The position numbers and the translations under genes are program-made. Below are positions 62,521 through 64,000 of a DNA stretch of 64,000 bases, piece after piece. This DNA comes from the human T2T-CHM13v2.0 reference genome, Homo sapiens: NCBI RefSeq assembly GCF_009914755.1, contig NC_060935.1. One strand, given 5' to 3'. Position 1 is the stretch's first letter. Every line of letters begins with the position of its first letter. Below the pieces are notes generated by a model, which ran no database searches, had not been told where the DNA came from, and worked only from the letters and a program-made list of their open reading frames with translations.

Positions 62521-64000
62521 GTACTTTTTAAAAAAGAAACAAGACCTTAAAAGAAGGCCATTTTAAGTGTGGCCCCAGCAGCACTCAAACTACAGATTGT
62601 TCAGAAGCAGTCACTAATACTGCATTCTTACCATCTACATTTATTCTGAAGAATGCCCACTTCTGGAAGCAACATGTGCTAAGCCCAAGGGCATATTCTA
62701 AGTAAGAGTACAATAAGGCTATGCTTTATTTGTTTTGTCCACAATACACAAATGAACTATTATTTTTTTCATCTTTGGAGAGCCCAGTATTGAGTGCTCA
62801 ATTTAGCAGGTCTCTTGTGAATGGACTGGGGGGACTTTGAACAAACGGTTCCTCGTGACATATATTCTTTTAGCCAACACAGAAATAAGTGGAACAAGAG
62901 CTCTGTGAACTTTTTTTAGGTAGTCTAAAAGCTGTAAATGAAATCCCTGGAGCCAAGGTACATTTAGTTCTGCTGCCTGGCAGTAGAGCTATGTCAGCTG
63001 ACCTCATAGCTACCATTGTGCAAATTTTAATGACAAATTAAGGAAATTAATTACTTGTGTTGACTAAGTCTACACTACTGACATCATTTCATTGTACTTA
63101 CATTCCAATCTTGAACTTCTTTATTATACTATAAATGCAAATTAATAATGTAGGCTCTGTTCTTTTAAAATGTGTCATTTTTGCCTGAAGTGTAGATAAA
63201 AGCATTTGAAATCCATCAACACTACTTTTAATTAGCCAATTTATTAGAACGGGATTCTGCAAAACAAGGTTTCTTTCTCTGGAGTATACAGGACAGCCTC
63301 GGAGCACAATTTATATTTCTGCATTCCCAAGTATATGAATTTACTTTAACAGTTTTGTAATACAAACCAAGTCTGTTAGTTAATTTGCTATGGCACCTGA
63401 TATTCTGTAGGTCACTAATCTCTTCTAATACATCCATAATTTCTGTTTTACTTTAAATAGTCAATAAAAATGCATAGTGTTTTTGTTCTCTTGATTCATG
63501 CATCACACTAATTATTGCATTTCTAAAAATCCCAAACAATACGTCATAGTGATAATCAAAGAATAAGAGAAAAGGGTATTATCTATGATACTTTATAATC
63601 ACAAATTTATATTCATTTATTTTTAGATCCTACCATTTTTGAGTATTTTTATGAAAAGTTAATTGCTTTTCACTTTGTATAGCTTCAATATGTTTCATTG
63701 TGGCAACAAGAAATATTTAAAATTAAGATGACCCCCTTCTCTCAAAACGCATTTTTCCAAATGTGTGTAGGTAAATTAACTGTATCTTTATAAGGCACAG
63801 ATACTCTGTTCATTCATTGGTTCAAAATACTTAAGCTTGTTTAATTTTCTATTAAATATACAAATTTGTTCACATCTATTTTGAATATGGCTATGAGAAT
63901 TACAATGAAAATGTCGTTACTTTAGGAAGTGATTTTATAATGAATTTATCATATTTCTTTAACAAAATATAAAATAATTTGTATCAGAAGTAACACTTTA

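Noticed and set aside
63098-63437. Two overlapping 69-aa minus-strand ORFs as a coding gene
   Set aside because: No recognisable homology; only the donor at 63101 is suggestive and is covered under the micro-exon finding.

Overview
AT-rich, repeat-dense human genomic DNA; the L1HS pre-Ta diagnostics point to Homo sapiens. I cannot support any host protein-coding gene, RNA gene or CRISPR array, and nearly all listed ORFs are fragments of LINE-1, Alu or LTR elements. The main feature is a full-length L1HS pre-Ta on the minus strand (~48301-54387). It has a perfect 17-bp target-site duplication (TSD), an open 1274-aa ORF2 and an intact antisense ORF0, while ORF1 is broken only by one extra A in a homopolymer. 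Other notable structures: a twin-primed (5'-inverted) L1PA, a tail-less and TSD-less internal L1 fragment resembling an endonuclease-independent repair insertion, a MER85 piggyBac MITE inside an older L1, a ~235-bp local duplication ending at an L1 3' end, two decayed ERVL-class proviral remnants, inverted Alu pairs, and a candidate plus-strand spliced non-coding transcript near 13.8-15 kb. I see no convincing evidence of a wholly new biological system; the interesting items are unusual retrotransposition and repair structures. Subfamily names come from remembered consensus sequences and need RepeatMasker/Dfam confirmation. Most boundaries of old repeats are approximate.
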